A stretch of 64,000 bases of DNA from Lama guanicoe (taxonomy: Eukaryota): positions 2,643,168 to 2,707,167 of the forward strand of contig MU053482.1 of NCBI GenBank assembly GCA_013239625.1, given 5' to 3'. The first letter of the stretch is position 1; the number at the start of each line of letters is the position of its first letter. The notes under the pieces are model-generated. The model did no database searches, was not told the origin of the DNA, and was given only the letters and a program-made list of their open reading frames with translations. The translations under genes and the position numbers were made by a program. This document shows, piece after piece, positions 1 through 12,846 of the stretch.

Positions 1-3000
1 TTTTATATTACATATAGATAAAATTAAACTTCCATTAGATTGTTAAAGACACAGTAGGGACACTCTTTTTGGCAGATATTTTCAAGATACATCTTATTTA
101 GTATTCCCTACTGACTTACTCTGTAATATGTTACAAATTTTTATCTTTCTTGAACTGCTGTTATAATTTGGAACCCACTGTTCATTGTTATATCCCAATT
201 TGAAATATCTTCCATCTAACAAGCTTTGCCTTAAAGCTTGAAGAAAATCATTTAAAAGTGTAAGTATAATTGAAAACTCCCTTAGCCATTTGATTTTTTT
301 TAACTACTGAAAGGTTTTTATACTTGCTGGAGGATATTAGTAAAGTTATTTAACCTCTAAGCATCATTTTCCTTATGTGTAAGATGAAAGTGGTAATAAT
401 ATGGTATGTCATTTTGTTGTGTGTGTTTAGTGAGATGATGGATGTAAAAATTTTGGGAAAGCATTTGGCACCTATTAAGTTCTCTCCACATTATTTGAAC
501 TATTGTTTAAGTGCCAGTTGATTAACCAATCCAATAAGCAGTACATTTCATTTCCTATCTCCATTTACTAACTTAGTAGTTGTACTTATCAGTGGAAAAT
601 GATCAGCACTAAGGGAGAAAAAACACAAGTACATATTATTTGGACACTGAAATCACTAGTAGATAGCATTATTGCAGCATGAAAATTGGCACTGTTACAA
701 GCACAGTGCCTGGCACATTATAGGTTCTCAGTAAATATTTATTGAATGCAAAGAGAAATGAGTAAGTTAGAAATGTTAAGAATACTCATCTTTGAGTTGT
801 TAAAATAGATTTGTGTTACAGAGATCTGTCACTTATTTAAATTTTAAGCTATGTATTCTAGTATATGTAGAAGTGCAATTAAAAGTTATTTAGGTACTCT
901 AGAATATGCATTAGGTATTCTTTCATTCAACATTAACTGTTTCTTACATTTGAGAGACTGCTCTTGGATACAAGGACTGTCCTTTCCTGCCTGTATGTGC
1001 ATGCTGGCACATGTACACACACACACTCAGAAATACTTGTTTCTTCATTTGTAAGAAAAAAATAACTCTGAAGGTTTTGGTAGATTATTATAACAGACAG
1101 CAATGTCTCTGCTCTCTTCTTGCTTTAGCTGCCAGCATTCTTCAGTGGAAAACTTTCTATATGCAGACCTTTACTCATACTGCTCATCTCCTCCTGTTAA
1201 GCTCTTACCACCTGAAACTAAAATTTTTCCTAACCATAAATCTCATTTAAATCTCTTATAAACCTTCAATTCCTAAGCTTAATGTGCTATAAAATGATTA
1301 TGTAGGCAGAAATGCTGCTTTTTCAAATGCTTTCTGTGAAAAAAAGTAAGAGGACTTAGCTTTAATAAGTTTCTTGATATTTTGTGTTTATCTTTAAAAT
1401 TCATGAGCTTCCTAAGTCGTATCTGGAATCTTCACAGATGATTGCTATTACTATTGGAAGTGATATATTTATCTATAAATGGTTAACTTTATTTTATTAA
1501 AGGCTTATGAACTGTTTAATTAATGAAAATCTTAGATGTGGAGAAATGTTAAGTGGTAACACGTTTATGGGACGATTTGGCATGTCTAGAAATTCAGCAA
1601 ATATTTATGAGAGTATGGTATATATTTTTGGAAGACAAAGTATCTTGTAGTCTGAGCAGGTAACATTCCTTAATTAGAAATATCACAAAGTAGATACTGT
1701 TAAGAATTAGGAAGAGGGAAAGTCCCTGGATTCTTGGACTGTTAGACAGGAAGGTATTCAGTGACACAGCATGTTAAAGATCTGAAAGAAAGATAACACT
1801 ATGTAAATATTTATAAGAAAGCAATTTTCTTTTTCAGACATAGTTGTTGTATATATTATTTTACTTACTGTTTCTGTCTGTGGCACATTAACGATAAGCT
1901 TGATTCAAAGTGGGTTTTTCTTTTAGTCACTGAGTAATTTGTGGGGTGGACTGGCAGGCTACCCATTAGACCATGTCCATTTTGGGGACTTTGAGAAACA
2001 GGGAAAAGGAGGCTGAAGAATTGTGCATAACAGTGGGAGGAAGTCGAGAAAAGGAAGTAAGTAAGAAGATTGGTGTTTGAGGTAACTTAGTTTCCTTTTA
2101 CTTTAAATAAATTTCATAGATTTTCTACCAGTAAACATGAATTTCTTTTATAATAAGTAAAAAGCCATTAGAAAAAGAAAGGATTGTTGACATTTCTAAA
2201 TGAGGGAAGTTAAAGTAAAATGAAGACTTTGGTGGGGGGTTAGGTGGGGAGCTTTTAAAATATTGGTAGCTTTGGAGAAAACAAATTTCTGATTGCAAGG
2301 TTAGTGAGTGAAATGCTAGTAAGGGGGCAGGAATAAGATTGTAGGCTTAAAGCGAGTAGGGTCAGGGGCATTTGTTTATGAGATACGTATTTTTTTCTTT
2401 TTTTATAGTTAGACTTGGGGAGTAGGGGAAACTGTGGGGTAGAAGTTTTTCAGGCCTGTTATTAGTTATTAAAGTAATAATAGTTTTCTACCTATAATGT
2501 TTTATAGTCTATCTTAGAATTACATCCTTCATACTGGTTCAGGACCTTATCTTCCTACAGCATAGATCTGATCATGTAAAAACTTCCCCCAAAAGTTCAC
2601 ACTTAATAAATTTTGATGTGGTCACAATTTACCTATTCATTTTTGTCTTTCACTGTTCTCTTTCATTCTCTGTCTCTTTAACATAACCCATGCTTCTTTT
2701 CCTTTTAAAAATCTTTTCTCTGCTCTCTGTGGATTCAAGTCCTTTAGGGTCTAATAAAAAGTGACCTGTCAGTCTAATTAGAATTAGTCTCCCGTCCTAC
2801 TTTATATTGGTGATCTTTTATCTCTATAGTATCTGACACTTTGTAAGTACTGGTAAGTGGAGTTAAAGTAGATAGAGATGGAGTTGGGGCTATTGAAGAA
2901 TTTTGATGTGGTGGGTTAAGGATGAATGTTGAATTATCTGGGCTGATGAGAATAATTAGAAGGTAAGAAGTTGTTTAGAAAGGTAGTTTTTTGTTATGGT

Positions 3001-3554
3001 TAACAGTTTTTAAACCTGAGTATTAGCAGTTTTACCTTAACTAATGGCATATAATGACCCATTTGTTGCTTTAGTTCTCCTGGTTCTTTGCTAGAAGCCT
3101 GCAGCTTGAAGAGGGACCTATAATTAGTATTAGCATCCAGAAGTTACATTTATACTTTGACTCATATAAAAGATTTATTGTAGCATCTTCTGAAGCCTAA
3201 TCAGTATTTGCCGAACTGTTGACAGTAAGACCATAATTACTCACATTTTAAGGGGTTTTTGTGATTAAAGATTGATGTTAGTGATATTTTAACTTAAATT
3301 TATTTTTTAAATTATGAAATTATAAAGATCTTTAAAATATATGATAATTAATAGCTGTAATAATAGTTACCATGTGAATTTAGAAATTCTTCTAAATATG
3401 TGATAGTTTGTTATATCCAAGAATGCCGGAAAGTTGTTGATTACCCAGTGGTTGAAAGAATATTTTTTTCCTAATTTGAACAGTTAATATATGTCTTTAT
3501 TTGATTTGTGTTTTATAATTTTACAGATCTGTGGGCCCTTTTCCCCCCTGTTTT

Positions 3555-5130
3555 TAAACTTTATTTTGAGGTATAATTTATGTACTGTAAACTTCACTTG
3601 TTTTAAGTGAAAATTAGTGATTTTTAGTAGACTTATTGAGTTGTACAACTATTAACCACCACAATCCGGTTTTGGAACATTTCCATTATCCCAATATGAT
3701 GCCTCTTTCCAGTTTATGGTAATTTCCATCCCAGCCCCAAGCGATGGCAAATCTACTTTCTGTCTCAGTTTTCTTGAGGATCTGATGTCTGATTTAGTAC
3801 TAATTTAAGTCCATTTGTTAACCTTCTTTGGGAGAGTATAAGGCTTCCTGCATTAGAGATTTCAGTTGGATGGGGCCAGTAGATAGATGTCCCAGGTTGA
3901 GATTGTTTGTGCTAATCCCACTGACAGCATCCTTTCTTACCCTTAGTCTAGCTCAGTTGTCTGAAAGTAACACGTTTTTTGTCAGTTGCACTTTTTAAAT
4001 TTATGCTGGAGTGTTTTAGAAGGCATTCAAAGTGACTTAAAATGAGAGTAATAAACTGATACGTGCTTCTTTCAATGTTTAGTTTTGTTGATTTTTTTAA
4101 AACAATTAATGTATTGATTTCAACCACTTTAGTATCCAGTTCAGTAGTTTTTAGTATATTCAGTTACACAGCCATCATGACAAACTTTAGAACATTTTCA
4201 TTACCCCAAAAAGAAACCCCATTCCTCCCTGACACCCCCAGGCCCAGGCCATACTTATTGTCCATAACCTATTCTGGAGATTTCACATAAATGAAGTCAT
4301 ACAGTCTATAGTCTTCTGTGACTGTCTTTCATACAGCGTAATGTTTTTGAGATTCATGCATGTTGTAGCATGTATCAGTACTTCATTCTTTTTATTTCTG
4401 AATAATGTTGCTTATATATATGGATATGCCACATTTTGCTTATCCACTCATCAGTTGATGGACATCTGGTTGTTTCCACTTTGGGGCTATTACGAATAAT
4501 GAATGTTCAGATAAAAGTAGTCTTGAATTTTTTTCTTTTAATTGAGGGATAATTTATATATAATACAAAACTCAAAAATATGCACATCTCAGTGAGCTTT
4601 TACCTAAGTATCACTCTCCAGATGAAGATAGATAGATAGATAAAACATTCCCATAGGCCTAGAATTTTTGCTTGAAACTCTTCCTAATCATACCTTTCTC
4701 CAGATTACCATTATTCAGACTTCTGTTAACTATAGATTGGACTTGCCTGTCCTCAAACTTCAAATTAATAGAATCACATGGTATGTGATATAGTCTTCCT
4801 TCTTTCTCAACATGTTTTTGAGATCCATATTATTGCTTGATTCCATAGGTTTTATTTTTTTAAGTTGTATAGTATTTCATTGTACAACAATTTGTTTATA
4901 CATTCACTTGTATTATTATGGACTTAAGCACTTCTTTTGGATATATAAGGGTGGAATTGCTAGGCTGTAAGACAGGTGCATGTCAGATACTTAATCATTG
5001 TACCGTTTTATACATCCACCAGCAGTGTGAGTTCCATTTTTTTAATATCTTCACCAGTGCTTTGCACATACTGTTTTGGGTTAGGACTGTCTTGTCCAGT
5101 TGTACTGATTCTTTCGTAATTGCATATATT
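3555..5130 (-). mobile_element. Cluster of old L1M 3'-end fragments (boundaries approximate)
   Basis: Typical antisense L1 3'UTR motifs (ttatccactcatcagttgatggacat, aacattttcattacccc). Confidence 0.6.
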
Positions 5131-6188
5131 TAATTGCATATATTTGCTAATTTTTGTTTTGGAGTGATTAACTCTTCCTCAGATGTTGCAGTTTTTTTCA
5201 TCATTATTTATACTGATGGAGGGAGCTTAAAAAGTTTTACTTTTTATCTCCTTGACACTCAAACTATTTCATGGCTTTCATCTTTTGATATCATGCTTAG
5301 GTTTTTCCCACCAAGATGTTAAAAAATATCTACCTTGGTTTCCTTCAAGTACTCTTTTGATTTTTTGTTTGTTTTGTTTTATTTAAACCTTAAGAAGTTA
5401 GAAATTGGTAAAGGTCCTTTGTTAATGTAACATTTATGTAGTACCTTTTGTGCTATAGGAAGATACAGTGAGGGGCATATGTTCACTTTTAACTCACATA
5501 TAGCTATTTATGTGTCCAGCCAACAAAAACAGTGGTGCTTTGTGTGGTTTTTGTTGTTTAAAAGTGACTCCTAAACATAAACCAACAATTTCACTTGGGG
5601 TTCCAATTATAGAAAGCAGTCTTTTTTAACTCAGAAGGAAAGGCTTAGTTTTGGGACTTCAAGAGAATGTTGTATATATATATAAAAACAACGTGCTGTA
5701 TTTTATGAGTGATTAAAGGAACTAAAGAGTAATTTGACAAAATTGATTTATGTCCTTCTGACTTCAGAACATACTTTCTGAGAAAGATGAGATTCTCTTG
5801 TGTATGGATTTGTAAACAGCATAACATTTAGTGTGTCTTGATATTTGCTCAAATATTTTCCATATTTATTCCTTGGAGCTAGCCTGTGAAGTAGATTTTG
5901 TTATACTAATTTTGTAACTTAGATCTGCTGAATCAATTTGCTCAAAAGTTAAAAAATGTAGGGACTGACATCTCCTATATTTATTAACTGATTCTAGCAG
6001 TTCATTCCAGGAGTTCATAATTTGATGCAGGATATAAGATATATACTGTAATACTAATGTCCTAAAACATGCCATAGTAGTGGCCTTTGTGGACTTATTG
6101 GTCTACCCCTAAAATATAATACACTTTTTTGTCCTGCACTGCCCCTAGGTGATTACAGCTACTTCCAAGGCACTTTTTTTTGTTGTTG

Positions 6189-7330
6189 ATTCATTTATTC
6201 TTTTAATAAATATTTGAATATTTTAAATGCCAAACATGAGGAACTGGTATACAAACAATGAAGTCCCTACTCCCAGTGGGGCTTGAAGTCTAATAGGAGA
6301 GTCAGACATAAAGCCACTCTATGGATATAATAATTGTAAATATGTAATAAGTATTATGAAATAAAAAAACCTTGGCGCTTATGAGAGTAATAGGGAGCCC
6401 AGAGTGATCAATGAGGAAATGCTTCTTTAAGGGAGTGTTTCAGCTGAGATAAAGAATGTGAAGTTATGGACCAATTAACTCTGGTGAAGCATTAGAGAGA
6501 AGAGTGTTGTAGGTAGAAAGTCATAGCATGTACACAGACTCTGAAATGGGGTAATATGTTTGTTGTTGAAAGAACCTAAAGAAGGCTGCTAAGGTGGGGC
6601 AGTGGGGGATGAGAAGGTTTCTTTAAATGAGGCTGAAGAAATCAGCAGGGATAAGATAATACATGGCCTTTTAGGCTTAGGAAATAGAGTAGAAAATTGT
6701 TAAAAGGTTTGTTTAAAGGGGATTAGTTTAGAATTTTGAAGATCATTGACTACAAGATGGATAATGGTTGGTGGGGGTGGATAATCTTCACTTGGACTAG
6801 GTTGGTGTTAATGGGAATGGAGAAAAAGGATATATTAATTATACAAGCATTTTGGATATAGAATTGACAGGGCCTGATGTATTGAATTGGGATAAAGAGA
6901 ATTGAAGTATTAAAGATGAGATTCAGTTTTCAGACGTGAATAACTGTGAGGGTAGTGATGACAGGGTTTGGGAGAGGTGATACAAGGAAGCCGAATCACA
7001 GCTTTTAGGGAAAAAGATGATTTGGACATAATCTGAGAATCCTGTGAGCTAACGAAGGTAGGGATGTTGAATAGGTCTGTTACAGTGATCTGGACTGGAA
7101 ATAACATATTTGACATATTGATAGAATTTAAAAATAGGCGTTGGATGAATTCAGCTGGAGAGTAGAAAAGATAGTCTAAGTCCTGGCACCAGGTTCTAAC
7201 ATTTGTAGATAGAATGAGAAATGAGCCAAGGAGCATGAGAAGGTACCAGGAAAAGTGGTGTATGAATTACATAGGTGTTTCAAGAAAGTGATAGTAGTTA
7301 ACTGTTCAGATCTATTTAGAGTACTGGAAA
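6189..7330 (-). mobile_element. L2 remnant (approximate)
   Basis: attcatttattc..aataaatatttg L2 3' end and purine-rich L2 body. Confidence 0.55.
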
Positions 7331-8628
7331 GTGTAAATTCCTCCCCTTCATCTACCTAACTGTTTCTGTTCGTATCTTAAATTTAAGCTTTACTTCTGGG
7401 TTAGGAGTTGTACTTTTGTTTTTTCCATAGTGTCTTCTACTTCCATTTACCTTGATTATCTTGTTTTCCTTCTCTGTTAAGTTTCCATGAGGTCACTGGA
7501 GCTTCATTTTCTTGTTCAACCCTGTATTCTCAGCTTGAGGCATACTGTCTAAATACCTAAATAAATAATTTGTAGAGTGACTGAATGAATGAAGTATCAC
7601 TCTGGTTCTAATGTGGAAGACATTTTTTATATCCAAAGGGAAAGTTTTCTGTTTGTAGAATGAATGAAAAGTCTGTAAAGAGGAAACTTAAAAAAAAAAT
7701 CACTATTGTCCATGTGAACATGTGTGGAAAAATACTAAAGCTTGGACTGGAAGGAGATGACATTATACCTGGTGGTTATATCAGAGGAGAGGGAATGAAA
7801 CTGAGAAAACATACAAGAAGGGATTTCAGTTCTTTTTAAAAAATCAAAAGTAAATATGACATTTAGGAATTAGTAAGTAACTCTTTTGTACTGTTAATGA
7901 AACTAACCCATGATCATAGCATAAAATTTGGAAAATAGAAAATATATAAAGACTAGCTCCTCTATGAATCCCATCACCCCAGATATAACTTATTGGCATT
8001 TTTGGTGTATTTCATTCTTTTCTGTATATGTTGCATTGCATATTCATATAAATATACTTCCTAAATGATCATGGTATAGTTTGTATCCTACTTTTATTGT
8101 ATGTTCAAAGCTGTTCATTTTTAGTATTCTGTTGAACTATAATGTGCATGCAGAAAAGTGATCATGAGGGTATAGTTGATTAATTTTCACAAACTATACA
8201 CTTTTATAAAATAGCCATATAAAGAAATAAAGCATTATTAGCACTTTGGGAACCACCCCTCAGGCTATTAAGTTTTACTGATTTAGTTTTTGTCTAGCTA
8301 CTTAATAGAACGTCTCTATTGAGAAATTATTACTCAAGTGGGAAAATAGGTTATCACAGAAGTCAGTGTTTTTAAACTGCTGCCACCTGTGTAGGTTAAG
8401 GATGCCAACTGGGATAAATGGAAAGTGCAGTGGTATCGGGCAAATACAAACATCTGAAAGTTTTAGGAGTTAGGTTACTGAATTTTTTTGAATTCCTTAT
8501 ACATGAGTGATAAGAAGTAAGGCTGGGACCAACTTGTGGAGGAGAGCGTTTTGTACTAGACAAGTCGTGAAATAGACTACTGTGAATATTTACTTTAAGA
8601 AATTTAAAATGTTTTTGTTTGTTTGTAG

Positions 8629-8710
8629 GCACACAAGTCTCTGAATTTTGTTTCAACACTGCTTCAGATTACTATGTCGGAACAACTGGATTTACCTGTG
8701 AGACAGGCAG
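8629..8710 (+). CDS. IPO7: Importin-7 exon 2 ([27 protein letters not shown])
   Basis: ttgtag acceptor; 82 nt; donor is non-canonical GCAAGT. Confidence 0.93.
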
Positions 8711-9084
8711 GCAAGTTTCCTGAATTATCTTGTTTGATGTATGTAAATAATATTGTTTAAAAGGTTCACAGTTGAATAGCAGAAGTATCTTTAAAGGCCC
8801 TTCAGTGATTCTCCTTCCTGAACATTGGTTTGCCCTCATGTGTTTACTACAAACTGCTGCAAGTGCCTTGACATTTGGTGGCAGAGTTTAAAGGAATGTG
8901 ATATTTCATTGAATTGAAAAAGAAGCTGGAAAGAATTTGAGGGGGTTTATTAAAAGATTCTCACTATCCCCTATTTCCTTGCATGATAGATGATTCTAAG
9001 ATAGAAACCTTTTTTAATGCAATTGTTCCTTATTGCTATTTGCTATTACTGTTTTGTTTTAACTACTTAAAAGGTACTACTTCT

Positions 9085-9280
9085 GACTCGTGGACATAGA
9101 AAACAAACTATGGTTACCAAAGGGGAAAGGAGAGGGAGGGATAAATTAGAATTTTGAGATTAACAGATACACATTATTATATATGAAATAGATAAACAAC
9201 AAGGACCTACTGTATAGCACAGAAAACTATTCAGTTTCATGTAATAGCTATAATGGAAAAGAATCTGAAAATAGAAAAAT
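9085..9280 (+). mobile_element. L1 3'UTR fragment
   Basis: catagaaaacaaactatggttaccaaaggggaaagg...gacctactgtatagcacag; similar to 50860-51020. Confidence 0.75.
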
Positions 9281-11116
9281 AAAAGACACCATTTCTTAGT
9301 TCCAGTTTTAATAAGATATTGAGTATCAAATGAAATCTATGAACATGTGGCATACTACTTCTGATATTATCTGTTAGTCTGAAGAATAATGTAATTCACA
9401 TCTTTAATGTCTTGTTACTTAATTTATTAGCAGTAGGAAATATAAAGTGCCAATAACTTCACTATTCTAGAAACGCCAATTATATTCTGGGGTTGTTTCT
9501 TCCTGTTCTTTTTCCCTATACCAATTTTGTTAAAAATTTTTTTCCCTTGCTTTATTTAATATATAATAATCATTTTCCTTTACATAGTGTTAATCTTAAA
9601 ATGTATATTTTAATGGCTCACTAATTAACCATAATGTGCCAGTGAACCATTTCTCAGTTTAATCTCAGGTCTGTTTGATTAACTATTGTATTCCCAGTGC
9701 CGAAACTATTGCCTGACACACTGAAGATACTCAGTACATGAATAAATGAATATAAGTTGTTTATGATTTTTTCAGTTGGTATATAAGTAGCATGAAAATG
9801 GGACATTTTTTTGTGCCCATAAAATTCGGTAATTTCACTGGACCCTGGTCAGCAGTAAATCTTTAAAAAATTTTTCTCATTAAATAGGATAAGGTTATTG
9901 TGATTATCTTAACTATCATTTCTTTTAACTAATGAAGTTGACATTTTCCCATTTAGTTATTTTTTTAGATAAGAATCTTTGCCTTTAAATCTCAAATTTT
10001 TACTAAAATGTTGAAAGTGTTTGGCATTTAGGAGGGATCCTTAACACATTAGAGACTTGATTATGTGTATTAGTAAAATTAAATTCCACTAGAAAGTTGT
10101 TTATTAGTATGTACAAAAACCAGAAGCAGTCAAACTATGGAATTGGTCTAGATTTTAAAAATACAATCATTACTTTAAAAATTACATTCTTGTAATAGTA
10201 GAATGATACTCTGTAGTGCATAGCGTATGGTGGTTTCATCTGCTAGAGTTTGAAAGATTCGTTCGGTCTTTGTAGCAGAGTTCAAGCATTCTGGATGGAG
10301 TAGACTGAATCATGAGATTCTTGCAGTGCACTTCTCACTTATTTATGTGTTTTGTTGGACCAAATAATTTTTAAAATACTGAATCAAAATTGTATAAAGT
10401 ATATATGGCCAATTCCTTTGTGCGTTATGATAGAAATACTCAGAGGCTGTATCTGGAAGATATAGGGGCTATATCAAGTCTTAATTTATCTTCGTTCTGT
10501 TTTGGAGCTAAAGAATAAAATTGTATTAATTTGAAATAAGTCAGTTCCACATACTGAGTCAGTGTTCTTTACTGTAGATGTGGTTTATCTTAAAGCTTTT
10601 GTTGAAGGTTATTTTAATCTTTAGTTACAATTTTTTTGAAATGCTATAAGATGGGGTATTTTAATTTCCAAGATAAAGCAAAATAGAATATAAGAATCGT
10701 AATTGTATCAGTTACTCTTATTTGAATAGATACAGGACTCCAGGTAAGAGTTAATTACTAATCAAAGAAGAGTCACTGTTTTGCAGAATTTAGGAATTAG
10801 TTAATTTTGAATAATTTCCCTTTCCTGTACACCCTGTACATCTGTGATTGAGGAATCTCATTTGGGTGGAGAAGGCTGGGTAAAAAGCATTGTTAGCAAG
10901 TTAGTTCAGTCAGAGTTAATTAGTGATGTACAGGATGGCAATATGAGGACTGACAGAAAATAGTAATCAGTAATTTCTGAACACAGCTAATTCTGCCATA
11001 AAGTAACATGAATTTGAAGTGGTGTGATTGTGGTGTATGATTGAAATGCTTAGATTTATAGTCTAAGAATCTTCATAGACTGTGGTTTTTCTGTGATAAA
11101 AAGGACAGCCGTTGTG

Positions 11117-11397
11117 TGTCTTGGTCACTCTGCTGTGACAGAATACTGTAGACTTTATGGCTTACACACAGCAGGAGGCTGGGAGTCTAAGGTGGAGGCT
11201 TTGGGGATTTCACAGAACCTCGTGTGGTAGAGTGGAGGACATTCTCCGGGGTGTCTCGTACATGGGCGTTAATCCCATTCATGAGGACAGAGCCCTCATT
11301 ACCTGATCACCTACCAGAGGCCTCATCCCTGCATCACGTTGGGGGTTAGGGTTTCAGTATGAATTTGAGGGGCCACAAACATTCATCCTACATAACA
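11117..11397 (-). mobile_element. MaLR LTR (MLT1A-like solo LTR)
   Basis: TG...CA termini; gggggttagggtttcagtatgaattt..caaacattca resembles the MLT1A 5' end in reverse. Confidence 0.75.
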
Positions 11398-11804
11398 AGG
11401 TTATTAATTATAGAAACTGTATCAGTATGTGTATGTGGTTTTGTTTTTAGAGGCTTCATTTAGAAAATGGATTTGGTAAAATTAAATTGCTTTTCTACGG
11501 AAAACAGATGAAAAATATTATGTATAAATGGGATATAAAAACAATTTTGTTCATAGTGTGTTTACTTGCAGGATCTCTTAGGCTATACATTTAATAATAA
11601 CTTTGTGGGTGATTATTGTATCTGAGCATTAAATTTGTTTTGATTATACACTTTTAAAATAATAGAATGCAGTATTTTGATTTTTAAAAGAATAATTTTA
11701 CTAGCAATGGCTGGTCTGAAAGAAATACACTGAAGTGTGGACACAGGGATATTCACAGTGCTTTCACAGTAAATACTCTTTTGTCAAACTGATCTATATT
11801 TTAG

Positions 11805-11958
11805 GTGTTATCTATTTGAAAAATATGATAACACAGTATTGGCCTGATCGGGAAACAGCACCAGGGGATATATCCCCTTATACTATTCCAGAAGAAGATA
11901 GACATTGTATTCGAGAAAATATTGTAGAAGCCATTATCCACTCTCCTGAGCTCATCAG
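11805..11958 (+). CDS. IPO7: Importin-7 exon 3 ([17 protein letters not shown]...ELIR)
   Basis: ttttag / gtatgt; 154 nt; within ORF 11735..12001. Confidence 0.97.
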
Positions 11959-12246
11959 GTATGTATATATTTTAAACTTAACCATTGTTGCAGGTTTGTA
12001 ATTTGCATGGTTTGGGAGGTGTAGAAGGAGGTATTTTCAGAACATAAAAAGCTGTCATTTTTGTAGCAGAAAACTTAACAAATGCTGTTACAGGAGAATT
12101 CTTTTGTTTTCTTACTGCAATTTAATTTTACATTATAAAACCAGAAACTTTAAACTTCATGTAAAACTTGTGAAACATATTTTGAGCAGATGAAAGGAGG
12201 TATAGAAAGTTATAGAATGCTGTCATATACTTTATAGTGGATGGTC

Positions 12247-12404
12247 TTTTTTGGGGATGGGGTGAGAGGGTAATTAGGTTTATTTATTTAAACCTATTTT
12301 AGATAAATAATAAAACTATTATTTTAGAAGAGGTACTGGGAATTGAACCCAGGACCTCATGCATGCTAAGCATGTGCTCTACCACTTGAGCTATACCCTC
12401 CCCC
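12247..12404 (-). mobile_element. vic-1-like tRNA-Ala SINE
   Basis: Reverse complement of the same head and tail. Confidence 0.85.
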
Positions 12405-12645
12405 TTGTATGGCCTTTTGATATTTGAAAGTTCTTGTTTTTTATATGATTTTATAGAATTTTTAATGAGAATAGTTGAAGTTCTAAATGAAACTTGTCAG
12501 TTGGTGATAGGTGTGAAAAATAAAATCACCTTCATTTGTAACATTTGTTGGGTTTCTTTTAAATTGGTAGTGACAGTTTTTGCTCAGTGACCTGTTTTTT
12601 CTAAACAGCCTTTTTCTTTGTGTGAATTAGCAAAACTTTATCTAG

Positions 12646-12846
<201 letters not shown>

